Shown: positions 1 to 14,014 of the stretch, one piece after another
Position numbering within the stretch: position 1 is the first letter of the stretch
Layout of the letters: the number at the start of each line of letters is the position of its first letter
Origin: Gammaproteobacteria bacterium
GTDB taxonomy: Bacteria > Pseudomonadota > Gammaproteobacteria > SURF-13
Assembly: GCA_035286765.1 (NCBI GenBank)
Contig: DATECT010000145.1
Span: forward strand, 1 to 31,020
Direction of reading: 5' to 3'
DNA: 31,020 bases
Translations under genes and position numbers: made by a program
The notes under the pieces: generated by a model
Told to the model about the DNA's origin: nothing
Seen by the model: only the letters and a program-made list of their open reading frames with translations
Databases searched by the model: none

Positions 1-2324
1 TCACCGACGTAGACCCGCTGCGTTACGGCCTGTTGTTCGAGCGCTTCTTGAATCCCGAGCGCGTGTCGCTGCCCGATTTTGATATCGACTTCTGCATGGA
101 AGGGCGCGACCAGGTCATTGATTACGTCGCGCGTCATTACGGCCGTGAGCGCGTCTCGCAGATCATTACTTACGGCAGCATGGCAGCCAAGGCCGTGGTG
201 CGCGATGTTGGGCGCGTGCTCGGTCAGCCCTATGGTTTCGTCGATACCATCGCCAAACTCATTCCCTTTGACTTAGGCATCACCCTGGACGAGGCCTTAG
301 AGCGCGAGCCGCAGTTACGCACGCGCTACGAGCAGGAAGAGGAGGTGCGCACGCTGCTCGACCTGGCGCGCTCCCTGGAGGGCATCACGCGCAATGCCGG
401 CAAGCACGCCGGTGGTGTGGTCATCGCACCCTCCAAGCTGACCGATTTTACCCCGCTGTATTGCGAGCAGGGCGCCACCAACCTGGTCACGCAATTTGAC
501 AAGGACGATGTGGAATCGGTCGGCCTGGTCAAATTTGATTTTCTGGGTCTGCGCACGCTGACCATTATCAATTGGGCGGTGCAGACCATTAACCGTTCCG
601 GCGCCGGCTTGGACATCAGCTTGCTGCCGATGGACGACAAGCCTACCTTTGATCTGCTCAAGGCCTGCTCGACCACCGCCATCTTCCAGCTTGAATCGCG
701 CGGTATGCGCGACTTGGTGAAGCGCCTGCAGCCGGATTGCTTTGAAGACATCGTCGCGCTGGTAGCCTTATTCCGTCCCGGTCCGTTGCAGTCCGGTATG
801 GTCGATGATTTTATTACCCGCAAACACGGGCGCACCAAGGTGAGTTACCCGCACCCGGATGTTGTGCCCATATTACAGCCCACCTATGGCGTGATTCTTT
901 ACCAAGAACAGGTTATGCAAATCGCGCAGGTGCTGGCCGGTTACACGCTCGGCGCAGCCGATCTGTTGCGCCGCGCCATGGGCAAGAAAAAGCCGGAAGA
1001 GATGGCCAAACAACGCGCTATTTTTACCGAGGGTGCGCGCGCACGTGGTGTGGAGGAGAAAAAAGCAACGGCCATTTTCGATTTAATGGAGAAATTCGCC
1101 GATTACGGTTTCAATAAATCGCACTCCGTGGCCTATGCGCTGATTTCCTATCAAACCGCCTACCTCAAGGCGAACTATCCTGCGGCCTTTATGGCGGCGG
1201 TATTATCCTCCGATATGGATAACACCGATAAGGTAGTGATGCTGATCGACGAATGCCGCGCCATGAAATTGACCGTGTTACCGCCGAATATCAATACCTG
1301 TGCGCACGCCTTCACCGTAAAAGACGATACGACTATTTTATATGGCTTGGGCGCGATAAAGGGCGTGGGCGAGGCGGCGCTTGAAGGCATCGTCGCCAAC
1401 CGCAACAGCGATGGGCCATTCAGCGATCTATTCGATCTATGCCGGCGCATTGATCTGCGTAAGGCCAACCGGCGCGTGCTGGAGGCGATGATACGGGCCG
1501 GTGCGCTGGACGAACTGGGACCGGGGCGTGCCATGCTAGTGGCCTCGTTGCCCGCAGCACTGACGCTGGCGGAACAGAGCTCGCGCGATCACGCCGTCGG
1601 ACAAAACGATTTATTCGGCGCGGCCAATGCTGCCGCCAAAACACCACCGCGTTTTGTGCAGGCCGCGGAGTGGGACGATGAGCAACGCATGGTGTACGAA
1701 AAGGAGACGCTGGGATTATATTTAACCGGCCATCCCATTACGCGTTATTTAGATGAACTCGCCGAGCTCACCACCAGCCGCATCGCGGATTTAAAACCCG
1801 CGCAGGACCAAAGCGTGGTAATCGCAGGTTTAGTCATGGCGATACGCACCATGAACAACCGGCGCGGCGAACGCATGGCCTTCGTCACCCTGGACGACCG
1901 TAGCGCGCGTATCGAAATGGTGCTGTTTTCCGAGACCTACCAACGCTATCGTGATTTGCTGATCAAAGACAAGTTGCTGGTAGTGGACGGCGCGGTGAGC
2001 GTGGATGAATACTCGGGCGGCTATAAAATGAGTGCCGAGCATATCTACGACATCAATCAGGCGCGCGAAATTTATGCCAAACGCCTGGTGATTGAGGTAG
2101 AATCGACGCGCGCCGGGAACGGTTTCGTAACCGGCTTGGCCCAAGTGCTGGCGCCATTTCGCAACGGCTCATGCCCGGTATGGATCAATTACCGGGCCAG
2201 GGCTGGCATCAAGGCCGATGCCCCGGTTGCACTCGGTCCCGAGTGGCGTGTGCACCCTACCGATGAATTACTGCATCGTTTGAAGGGTTTGGCCGGTGGC
2301 GAAAAGGTCAGGATCGTTTATTAA
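1..2324 (+). CDS. dnaE: DNA polymerase III alpha subunit, 5' partial (begins before the window)
   Basis: The frame is open from base 3 ([30 protein letters not shown]). Contains DnaE motifs [34 protein letters not shown] and a C-terminal OB fold. The ORF-track start at 33 is an internal TTG. Confidence 0.97.
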   Translation, partial: TDVDPLRYGLLFERFLNPERVSLPDFDIDFCMEGRDQVIDYVARHYGRERVSQIITYGSMAAKAVVRDVGRVLGQPYGFVDTIAKLIPFDLGITLDEALEREPQLRTRYEQEEEVRTLLDLARSLEGITRNAGKHAGGVVIAPSKLTDFTPLYCEQGATNLVTQFDKDDVESVGLVKFDFLGLRTLTIINWAVQTINRSGAGLDISLLPMDDKPTFDLLKACSTTAIFQLESRGMRDLVKRLQPDCFEDIVALVALFRPGPLQSGMVDDFITRKHGRTKVSYPHPDVVPILQPTYGVILYQEQVMQIAQVLAGYTLGAADLLRRAMGKKKPEEMAKQRAIFTEGARARGVEEKKATAIFDLMEKFADYGFNKSHSVAYALISYQTAYLKANYPAAFMAAVLSSDMDNTDKVVMLIDECRAMKLTVLPPNINTCAHAFTVKDDTTILYGLGAIKGVGEAALEGIVANRNSDGPFSDLFDLCRRIDLRKANRRVLEAMIRAGALDELGPGRAMLVASLPAALTLAEQSSRDHAVGQNDLFGAANAAAKTPPRFVQAAEWDDEQRMVYEKETLGLYLTGHPITRYLDELAELTTSRIADLKPAQDQSVVIAGLVMAIRTMNNRRGERMAFVTLDDRSARIEMVLFSETYQRYRDLLIKDKLLVVDGAVSVDEYSGGYKMSAEHIYDINQAREIYAKRLVIEVESTRAGNGFVTGLAQVLAPFRNGSCPVWINYRARAGIKADAPVALGPEWRVHPTDELLHRLKGLAGGEKVRIVY

Positions 2325-2329
2325 TAGGC

Positions 2330-2437
2330 AGATACAAGTTAAGAATCAGATACAAGATACAAGGGAAAAGATACAAGTAAATTCAAAAGAAGGGCTTTTA
2401 CTTGTATCTTGTATCTTGTATCTTGTATCTTATCTTT
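2330..2437. repeat. Mirrored heptamer-repeat hairpin in the dnaE-accA gap
   Basis: Four AGATACAAG-type units on the left (2330-2377) and four tandem CTTGTAT units on the right (2401-2428). The inner perfect stem is 14 bp: AAGATACAAGTAAA (2368-2381) with TTTACTTGTATCTT (2397-2410). Confidence 0.9.
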
Positions 2438-2438
2438 T

Positions 2439-3395
2439 ATGAACCTTAATTTTCTCGACTTTGAACAGCCTATTGCCGAATTAGAGGCAAAAATAGAAGA
2501 GCTACGTTACGTCTGCAACGATAACGAGATCAACGTCAATGAAGAAATTACCCGGCTCGAGGCGAAGAGCAAGACGCTCACGGAATCGATCTTTGCCAAG
2601 CTGAGTTCCTGGCAAATCGCCCAGTTGGCCCGTCACCCGCAGCGCCCCTGCATGCAGCGCTACGTGGAAAAAATATTCACCGACTTTGAAGAACTGCATG
2701 GCGATCGTTGCTATGCCGACGATGCCGCCGTCATAGGCGGTGTGGCGCGTTTGAACGGCAGGTCGGTCATGCTCATCGGTACGCAGAAGGGCGCCGACAC
2801 CAAGGAGAAGGTGCGGCGTAATTTCGGCATGCCGCGCCCGGAAGGCTATCGCAAGGCGCTGCGTTTGATGCAGTTGGCGGAACGCTTCAAACTGCCCATC
2901 TTAACCTTCATCGACACGCCGGGCGCCTTCCCCGGCGTAGATGCCGAGGAGCGCGGGCAGAGCGAGGCCATCGCGCGCAATCTGCTGGTAATGTCCGATC
3001 TTAAGGTGCCTATTATCTGCACTATCATCGGCGAAGGCGGTTCCGGCGGCGCGCTGGCTATCGGCGTAGGCGATCGCACCTTGATGCTCAAGTACAGTAT
3101 CTATTCAGTTATTTCGCCGGAGGGCTGTGCGTCTATCTTGTGGAAGAGCGCGGAACAGGCGCCGGATGCCGCCGAGGCGATGGGCGTTACCTCCGACCGC
3201 CTGATGAAATTAGGATTAGTCGATCAGGTCATTGACGAGCCCTTGGGCGGTGCGCATCGGGATATCGATACCATGGCCGAGCGCATGAAAGAATCTATCG
3301 AAGAAACCCTCAGTTATCTGAACCGCCTACCCATGGATAAATTGTTAGAACTGCGCTACGAGCGCATTATGCGTTTTGGCAGTTTCAACGAGTAA
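2439..3395 (+). CDS. accA: Acetyl-CoA carboxylase carboxyltransferase alpha subunit
   Basis: Begins [22 protein letters not shown] and contains [32 protein letters not shown] and [10 protein letters not shown]. Start moved to ATG 2439 because the ORF-track start at 2409 lies inside the repeat. Confidence 0.97.
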   Translation: MNLNFLDFEQPIAELEAKIEELRYVCNDNEINVNEEITRLEAKSKTLTESIFAKLSSWQIAQLARHPQRPCMQRYVEKIFTDFEELHGDRCYADDAAVIGGVARLNGRSVMLIGTQKGADTKEKVRRNFGMPRPEGYRKALRLMQLAERFKLPILTFIDTPGAFPGVDAEERGQSEAIARNLLVMSDLKVPIICTIIGEGGSGGALAIGVGDRTLMLKYSIYSVISPEGCASILWKSAEQAPDAAEAMGVTSDRLMKLGLVDQVIDEPLGGAHRDIDTMAERMKESIEETLSYLNRLPMDKLLELRYERIMRFGSFNE

Positions 3396-4815
3396 ACAAT
3401 TTTCGTCTCAGCGGCTGTTGCAGGTACTGCAAGAGGCCGTTAAGCCACCACACCCGACAGAGGCCAACCCAAGCGGTGCGGCCAGGGTGCCTTCACCGTC
3501 AGTCTCGCGCTATTGGATAGCTTACAGCGGCGGCCTGGATTCCCATGTCCTGCTGCATGCAATGAGTGCGCTGCGCCCGGTATTGCCTAATAGTGTTGTC
3601 CATGCGGTACATATCAATCATGGCTTGCAGCACAACGCTCAGCAGTGGGAACAACACTGCGCGCAAGTCTGCGCCGTATTACAGATACCCTATACCTCAT
3701 TGACGGTGAATGCCCACCCGGCGCCCGGCGAAAGCCCGGAGGCGGCGGCGCGTCATGCCCGCTACACTGCACTTAGCACGCTCATCGAGCCGGGTGATTG
3801 CCTGCTGACCGCCCACCATCAAGACGATCAGGCCGAGACCATGCTGCTGCAACTATTGCGCGGCGCAGGCCCGCACGGGCTGGCCGCTATGCCGGCCAGC
3901 ACAAACTTTGGCAAAGGACAACACCTGCGCCCCTTGCTCGGCTTCACCCATGCACAGTTAAAGGCATACGCCGAACAACATGGCCTCCATTGGATCGACG
4001 ACCAAAGCAATTTAAATACCGACTTCGACCGTAATTACCTGCGCCATGAGATCATCCCGCGCCTGCGCGCACGCTGGCCCGCGGCAGCGCGTACCCTTGC
4101 GCGCAGCGCGCAGCACGCGGCAGACGCCGCGCATCTGCTCGATGATTTTGCACAAGATGATTTAGTTGCCGTACAAGGCCCTAGCCCCGCCACGCTGATA
4201 GTTAGTAGCCTGCAAGAATTAAGCGCGGCGCGCCAGCGCAATGTGTTACGTGGCTGGCTGGATAAATTGGGCCTGCCCTTGCCTAACGCGGCGCATATTA
4301 AACATATCTTGACAGATATTGTGATGGCCGCGCCAGATAGTAATCCTTTAGTGCATTGGCCGGGTGCGGAGGTGCGGCGTTACCGTGATTTGATTTATGT
4401 GATGCAGCCATTAATGCCGCACGATCCCAGCCAAATCATTGCATGGGACCTAAGCGGTCCCTTGACGCTGCCAAGCGGATTAGGTGAATTATCATACACG
4501 CGCGCGCAAGGTGCTGGCATCAAGGCCACGCTCTGCCAAGACCAAACTATTACCGTGCGCTTCCGGCGCGGCGGCGAGCGCTGCCGGCCCGTTGGCCGCC
4601 AGCACAGCCATGAATTGAGGAAATTATTTCAAGAGCGTGGCATTCCACCCTGGCAACGCGATCGTGTACCGCTTATTTATATCGACGAGCAACTGGCGGC
4701 TGTCGTGGGACTATGGGTCTGCCACCCGCTACAGGCAGTGGAACATGAGACTGGATTCATTCTGCAAATGTGTCCATGCTCGGCAACCCATGGCCGCTTG
4801 GGCGGACGCGTGTAA
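3376..4815 (+). CDS. tilS: tRNA(Ile)-lysidine synthetase
   Basis: PP-loop AYSGGLDS, plus [32 protein letters not shown] and RNYLRH, and a TilS C-terminal domain. Usual position after accA. Start is uncertain: TTG 3376 (overlapping accA) or TTG 3418. Confidence 0.95.
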   Translation: MAVSTSKQFSSQRLLQVLQEAVKPPHPTEANPSGAARVPSPSVSRYWIAYSGGLDSHVLLHAMSALRPVLPNSVVHAVHINHGLQHNAQQWEQHCAQVCAVLQIPYTSLTVNAHPAPGESPEAAARHARYTALSTLIEPGDCLLTAHHQDDQAETMLLQLLRGAGPHGLAAMPASTNFGKGQHLRPLLGFTHAQLKAYAEQHGLHWIDDQSNLNTDFDRNYLRHEIIPRLRARWPAAARTLARSAQHAADAAHLLDDFAQDDLVAVQGPSPATLIVSSLQELSAARQRNVLRGWLDKLGLPLPNAAHIKHILTDIVMAAPDSNPLVHWPGAEVRRYRDLIYVMQPLMPHDPSQIIAWDLSGPLTLPSGLGELSYTRAQGAGIKATLCQDQTITVRFRRGGERCRPVGRQHSHELRKLFQERGIPPWQRDRVPLIYIDEQLAAVVGLWVCHPLQAVEHETGFILQMCPCSATHGRLGGRV

Positions 4816-4988
4816 AGGTTCACTTTAAGCGCACTGTGGCATTCACCCCACACAGGCCCTTTCTGCTTGAATCAAGGGCTTTATTTTTGAACCCGAGGCT
4901 CATCCTTGCTGGGGCGTCTGGGCTGCAAGTGGCAGGGTTGAGGGGCATATGCTAAGGAAGGCTGTCAGTGGAGGTTGGCCGGTGTCCG

Positions 4989-5017
4989 TTGTGAAAAACC
5001 GCTCTTTCTGGTACCCT
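4989..5017 (+). promoter_or_regulatory. Candidate sigma70 promoter for pyrG-kdsA-eno
   Basis: TTGTGA, 17 nt spacer, TACCCT, with an extended -10 TG, about 50 nt upstream of the pyrG ATG. Consensus match only. Confidence 0.35.
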
Positions 5018-5059
5018 GTAATCCCATCTGGGGCTCAGTCTGAGCGCCTCCAAGAATAG

Positions 5060-7574
<2,515 letters not shown>

Positions 7575-7584
<10 letters not shown>

Positions 7585-7646
7585 CAAGTTACAAGATCAA
7601 AACCCGTAACGCATCTTTCTTGTAACTTGATACTTGTTACTTGTAA
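7575..7646. repeat. Mirrored heptamer-repeat hairpin in the kdsA-eno gap
   Basis: Left arm TAACAAG TGACAAG TTACAAG (7575-7595). Right arm CTTGTAA CTTGATA CTTGTTA CTTGTAA (7619-7646). Perfect 12-bp stem between 7585-7596 and 7618-7629. Confidence 0.85.
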
Positions 7647-7654
7647 CTTTTTAA

Positions 7655-8971
<1,317 letters not shown>

Positions 8972-9072
8972 GCCGTGTTTTTGACCTTCCCTGTATTAAG
9001 GGCTTATGCTTTAATTCGAATGCATTGCCAGATAAGGGCCCCGAATGAGCTTATGGGCAGGTAATTACGGAT

Positions 9073-9345
9073 ATGAAAATAATAAGCGCATTACTGATAG
9101 CCTTACTGGTAATTCTGCAATACCATCTCTGGGTAGGCAATGGCAGTCTTGCCGAGGTATGGCGCACCAAACAGGCCATCGTAGCGCAGAAGCAGGAAAA
9201 CTCATCCCTTCAGGAGCGTAACCTGGCATTGGACGCGGAGGTGGCGGATATCAAGAACGGGCTCGCGGCTATTGAGGAACGCGCGCGTAGCGAGCTGGGG
9301 ATGGTCGGGAAGGATGAAACCTTTTATCAAATAGTCAGCGAGTAA
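9073..9345 (+). CDS. ftsB: Cell division protein FtsB
   Basis: N-terminal transmembrane helix, LQYHLWVGNG, coiled coil, and EERARSELGMVGKDETFY. Usual position after eno. Confidence 0.95.
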   Translation: MKIISALLIALLVILQYHLWVGNGSLAEVWRTKQAIVAQKQENSSLQERNLALDAEVADIKNGLAAIEERARSELGMVGKDETFYQIVSE

Positions 9346-9374
9346 TTTCACTAGAACTGATCTAATGGGAGTGG

Positions 9375-9396
9375 AAAAGTCTTTCCAGGACTTTTT
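9375..9396 (+). terminator. Possible weak intrinsic terminator or hairpin after ftsB
   Basis: AAAAGTC, 7-nt loop, GACTTTT(T), 30 nt after the ftsB stop. The stem is AT-rich and weak. Confidence 0.2.
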
Positions 9397-10001
9397 CGCC
9401 CAAGCAAAGCAAAACAGAGTTGTTCAACACCCTGCTAGACTGCTCTAACCGGGCAATACCGTGGTCAGCGTTAAGTGCGCTGCTCCCGCTCGCTACATTT
9501 TCCTATCCAGCGCCAAGTTTGCCGCGGTTGCATAAATCATCTAAAAATATTATTGCATGATCTGATAATCACATGTTATTGTGAATAAAAGGACCTTGTA
9601 TTGGCGGCAACGTTTATACAAGAGGCACTGGCTGGCACATCCTTGATGAAGCCAAACTATCCGGAAGAGATACGGCGCCCTAGGGGAATAAGAAATGCAA
9701 AGCAATGTTTGCTTATTGAAATACGCTGAGGGAATCACCCCCACCTGCGTACCCCCATTCTGTCTCCAAGACGTAACTTCCTCAGATATATCCAAGCAGA
9801 TATTAACTAAATCGTTGCCGGTTGCCTTGCATGGCAGGGCACGAGTCGTTGCGACTATACTGCAAGATTACTTATTCCGTTACCCAGCAAGAGGTGCTAG
9901 ATTTTTAAGGTGATTTAACGGCATTGCTCATCGATATGATATCGGTGAGCAATAGTCCGCTGCGGAGCTTTATTGTTTATTCAAGGACAAAGGGCAAAAG
10001 G

Positions 10002-13000
10002 ATGAGGCACCAAGCTAGCAATTACATTCACCAAATGTTTGCGGAAAGAAGCGCCTGCATCTCCGCCGCCACTGCGTTGGTTTACGGCCCTCGAAAGCTA
10101 AGTTACGGTGAATTGAATACACGCGCCAATCAACTGGCCCATTATCTACGCAAGCTAGGGATTGGACCCAATGTATTGGTGGGGCTTTGCTTAGAGAGCC
10201 CGTTGGACATGATTATCGGTCTCCTGGGAATACTCAAGGCGGGGGGCGCCTACCTGCCGTTGGATCCTTCCTACCCCTCCGAACGGCTGTCTTTTATGTT
10301 GAAGGATAGTCAAGCCGCATTATTGGTAACGGAGCAGTGCTTGGCCGCACACCTCTCGACGGAGGGTATAGCAAGCATTTTTCTAGATACAGCCGCCGCC
10401 ATTAGTGCAGAGCATGAATCAGCGCCTGCATATGAAGCAGATATTGATGATCTTGCCTACGTAATTTATACCTCCGGATCAACAGGCTTGCCCAAGGGCG
10501 TTATGGTAACGCAGCGGAATTTGGCTCATTCCACTCATGCCCGCATGAGCTATTACCAAGAACCTGTAGAGCGCTTTTTGCTACTTTCGTCATTTTCATT
10601 CGACAGTTCCGTGGCAGGGATATTCTGGACGCTTTGCCAGGGCGGCACACTGTTCTTACCGGAGCACGGTGTGGGGCGCGATCCCAATGGACTTAAAGCC
10701 GCCATCTTCGAATATCGGATTTCCCATCTATTATGCCTGCCTGCGCTCTATACAGAAATCCTGGCGCAGGCCGCTGCCTGGCAGCTGGCCTCACTGTGTA
10801 CGGTTATTGTTGCGGGAGAGGTCTGCCCCACGAAAATCGTCGATCAGCATAATATGCTCGCCGCGCAGGCTAAATTGTTTAACGAATATGGCCCTACCGA
10901 GGGCACCGTCTGGTGTGCCGTGTATGAATGCAAACCACACGAAAACAGGGCTCAAATTCCCATCGGTCGCGCCATTCCCAATACCCAAGTTTATCTATTG
11001 GATGAAGATCTGCAGCCTGTCCCGGCGGGCGCGGCGGGTGAGTTATACGTGGGCGGCCCTGGGGTGGCGCGGGGTTATCTTAATCGCCGAGAACTGACAG
11101 CCGAAAGGTTTATTGCTGATCCCTACAGTAATGAGCCGGGGGCCAGGCTTTATAAGACAGGCGACCTTGCGCGCCTTTTGGATGACGGTAATATTGAATT
11201 CCTGGGGCGCCTGGACCAGCAGGTGAAACTGCGCGGTTATCGCATTGAAGTAGGTGAAATATCAGCAGTATTGGAGTCGCACGAGGCGGTAGCGGAGGCG
11301 TTGATAATGGCGCGCGAGGACGTGCCCGGCGATAAGCGCCTGGTGGCGTATGTCGTCCCCGCGGCAGCACGGCAAGCGCACCATGACGGCCATCATACCC
11401 ACGGCTTAGCGCAGGACTCTGAGCATGTATCGCAATACCGGATTATCTACGATGATCTTTACCGGGGCGCGGAAGATTGTTCGATCTTTGATAGCGGTGT
11501 TAAGCGCAAGGTCTGGAGGAGCAGCTATAGCAAACAGCCTCTCATGGATGAAGATGTCCTTGAATGCGTGGACGACACAACGCGCAGGATTTTGGCGCTT
11601 CGCCCTAAGCGGGTCTTGGAAATCGGCTGCGGCACCGGTCTGTTGTTGTTCAGGATTGCCCCGCATTGTGAGTATTATTGCGGTATCGATATATCCCGGC
11701 AAGCCTTGGAACATATCAGGCGGATGGAAGCGCGGCAGCCTGTGCACTGCGAGCTAGCGCTGTTTCAGAAGGCGGCGCATGAATTGGCGGACATCCCCTG
11801 CGCAGAGATAGACACCCTTATTATCAATGAGGTTACCCAGCATTTCCCCAGCATTGATCATTTAATCGATGTCCTGGAAAAGGCTACGCGTGTCATCCGG
11901 CCGGGGGGGCATATCTTTATCGGCGGTATTCGCAGCCTGCCTTTGCTGGAGGTTTTCCATGCCTCTGTGCAATTGGAGCGCGCGCCCGCCGGACTAAGCC
12001 GGGCCGAGCTGCGTAAGCGCGTGCAAGATAGCATGTTAGCCGAGCAGGACCTGGTCATTGACCCTACCTTCTTCACCGCGCTGAAACAATACCTGCCGGC
12101 ACTTAGTCAGGAGCAGATTGAACTCAAGGGCGGACATCACCATAACGAGATCAGCCGTTTTAAATACGATGTCACGCTGCATGTCGGGCCGTCTGTCTGG
12201 GTAGAGGTGGATCTCCCTTGGCAGGATTGGCAGAAACAGGCCTTGACGACCATGGCGGTTCGCCAACAGTTATTGGATGGCCCGGATAGCGTGGCTATTC
12301 GGCATGTACCCAATGCGCGTCTGTTGACTGAGCTGCGCGTCATGGAATTATTAACTGCGGAAGAGGGCCCCGAGACGGCGGGGGAACTACGCAAAATTAT
12401 CGGTGCCTATCCACGTGAACCGGGTATTGAGCCGGAGAGCATGCGGGCCCTGGCGGAAGGCCTGCCTTACAGCGTTAATATCAGTTGGCCGGCCTCGGGC
12501 ATGCTCAGCCACTACGACGTCATATTTAAACGCCGTGCGCAGGGGCAGCCCATAGCCGCCCAGACTAACAAGCCTATGCCGCTAAGTGAAACTGCGCGTG
12601 CGGTATCTCTACAGTTGCCCAGAAACCAGCGGCCGTCCATGCAGTCGTCGGCAACTGCTCCCTGCGTTGCTCTACCTCCTGCATCCATGCAGTCGTATGT
12701 TAATAAACCGGTGAAGGTTAAGTTGAGCGTTGATCAAACGCGCAAGCTCATACCGGAATTGCGTAGCTTTTTGCAGGAGAAATTACCGGCCTATATGATC
12801 CCTGCGGATTTCGTGCTGCTGGACCACTTACCGCGCGGCTATAACGGTAAGGTCGATCGCTCCGCATTACCGGTGCCCGCGCATGTTAGGCCGGAATTAA
12901 GCAATGCATTTATTCCGGCCCAAAGTTCCTTGGAGAAGACGCTGGAAAAGATTTGGATGGATGTGCTAAAGCTTGCCCCGATCGGGCTGCAGGATAGTTT

Positions 13001-13214
13001 TTTTGAATTAGGCGGCCATTCCCTGCTGGCGATGCAGGTCATCTGGCGGGTGCGCGACGCCTTGCAGGTGGAGTTGTCGCTGCGCAGCTTTTTCGAGGCC
13101 CCGACCATCAGCGGTTTGGCGCAGAATATCCAGAGGTGGGAGCGTCCGGCGACCTTGCCCGGCCCATTAACCGACCGGGATCATGGGGGAAACCGTATTC
13201 AGGGCGAGATATAA
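10002..13214 (+). CDS. Stand-alone NRPS loading module: A domain interrupted by a methyltransferase, then T (A-MT-T). His-like specificity
   Basis: A3 YVIYTSGSTGLPKGV and A8 GRLDQQVKLRGYRIE, then a SAM motif VLEIGCGTG (11613-11639) before A9/A10 (LPAYMIP, NGKVDR), then T FFELGGHSL. No C domain. Manual code DSALIAEVWK. ATG 10002 chosen for its upstream AAGG(A); the frame is open from 9924. Confidence 0.93.
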   Translation: MRHQASNYIHQMFAERSACISAATALVYGPRKLSYGELNTRANQLAHYLRKLGIGPNVLVGLCLESPLDMIIGLLGILKAGGAYLPLDPSYPSERLSFMLKDSQAALLVTEQCLAAHLSTEGIASIFLDTAAAISAEHESAPAYEADIDDLAYVIYTSGSTGLPKGVMVTQRNLAHSTHARMSYYQEPVERFLLLSSFSFDSSVAGIFWTLCQGGTLFLPEHGVGRDPNGLKAAIFEYRISHLLCLPALYTEILAQAAAWQLASLCTVIVAGEVCPTKIVDQHNMLAAQAKLFNEYGPTEGTVWCAVYECKPHENRAQIPIGRAIPNTQVYLLDEDLQPVPAGAAGELYVGGPGVARGYLNRRELTAERFIADPYSNEPGARLYKTGDLARLLDDGNIEFLGRLDQQVKLRGYRIEVGEISAVLESHEAVAEALIMAREDVPGDKRLVAYVVPAAARQAHHDGHHTHGLAQDSEHVSQYRIIYDDLYRGAEDCSIFDSGVKRKVWRSSYSKQPLMDEDVLECVDDTTRRILALRPKRVLEIGCGTGLLLFRIAPHCEYYCGIDISRQALEHIRRMEARQPVHCELALFQKAAHELADIPCAEIDTLIINEVTQHFPSIDHLIDVLEKATRVIRPGGHIFIGGIRSLPLLEVFHASVQLERAPAGLSRAELRKRVQDSMLAEQDLVIDPTFFTALKQYLPALSQEQIELKGGHHHNEISRFKYDVTLHVGPSVWVEVDLPWQDWQKQALTTMAVRQQLLDGPDSVAIRHVPNARLLTELRVMELLTAEEGPETAGELRKIIGAYPREPGIEPESMRALAEGLPYSVNISWPASGMLSHYDVIFKRRAQGQPIAAQTNKPMPLSETARAVSLQLPRNQRPSMQSSATAPCVALPPASMQSYVNKPVKVKLSVDQTRKLIPELRSFLQEKLPAYMIPADFVLLDHLPRGYNGKVDRSALPVPAHVRPELSNAFIPAQSSLEKTLEKIWMDVLKLAPIGLQDSFFELGGHSLLAMQVIWRVRDALQVELSLRSFFEAPTISGLAQNIQRWERPATLPGPLTDRDHGGNRIQGEI
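12973..13105 (+). repeat. Direct repeat copy 1 (T-domain core of the A-MT-T gene)
   Basis: 133 nt with 5 mismatches against 15972-16104 by manual alignment. Confidence 0.92.
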
Positions 13215-14014
13215 AACCCACCATGACCATAGCTTTTTTGAGTGGGGTACCGCTGTAGTATTATTGTATTACCGACGGCAGGAAATATGACCCATGCCAG
13301 CGATGCGGCCAAGCCATATTTTTTTAAGGTAGAGGATAACAGTCAAACAGCAGGGCGAAACTCCGCGAGTTTGAGCAAAAGCGTAACGTTTATGAAACAG
13401 GTTTAAGCCTGGCTGACCCCCACGAGATCTTATTTAAGTTATTCATTTGATGTTATTTAATGTTTTTTAGGAAATAAAAAATAGCATACTGCCTATAGGC
13501 GTAAATAATTCTTACTTGGCATGTTAGTCCCCTTGCTTTTGCAGCGAATTTAGGCTATTTATGAAAGCTATAAACGGATAGATGTAACAAGTAGCTTATA
13601 ACAAAGGACAAGGACGTCATGGAAAGATCCTCGCATTCAATTTCCCCTAGTCGTTCTCTTCAACCATACCGTCTATACGGGTCGTTAACATTAAGGGGTT
13701 GCGTATACTTCGCAAGACAGAGAACGCTGATTGAGCGGCTGGGTATCGCGTTTCCCATTTTGCAGTATGTCCATAGTAACTTCGTCTCAACCTTTGACGT
13801 GTGGCATTGTCGGAGACATAAGGTGTGCCGCACCCCTCCGAGGCCGTCATTGATGGCGAAGGATAGTGGTGTACCGGTATTTTATGACAGCAGGTTGGCT
13901 GGTTATCCGAGGTATTCGGTGATGGCCGGATGGCTATTGCGGGGGATGTCTACCCCGCTGCAACACTCAAGTTCGTTACTAGAATAATCAGCAGCACCTC
14001 AGGGAGGAGGATAC

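Noticed and set aside
2330-2437. Repeats as a CRISPR array
   Set aside because: The units are 7 nt, there are no unique spacers, and no cas genes are present.
2409-2438. N-terminal extension [10 protein letters not shown] of accA
   Set aside because: It is a translation of the CTTGTAT repeat. AccA homology begins at ATG 2439.
9569-9584. TCACA-N6-TGTGA as a CRP site
   Set aside because: The half-sites are in the opposite order to CRP (TGTGA-N6-TCACA). It remains an unassigned dyad.
9837-9853. GGGCACGAGTCGTTGCG as a sigma54 promoter
   Set aside because: GG-to-GC spacing is 11 nt, and sigma54 requires 10.
9550-9913. ORFs 9550-9795 (-) and 9695-9913 (+)
   Set aside because: Short, AT-rich intergenic, with no recognisable family or convincing RBS.
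13619-13987. 122-aa ORF with an AAGGA RBS in the cluster spacer
   Set aside because: No recognisable motif and its composition looks non-coding. It is not MbtH-like or ACP-like. A BLAST or Ribo-seq signal would revive it.
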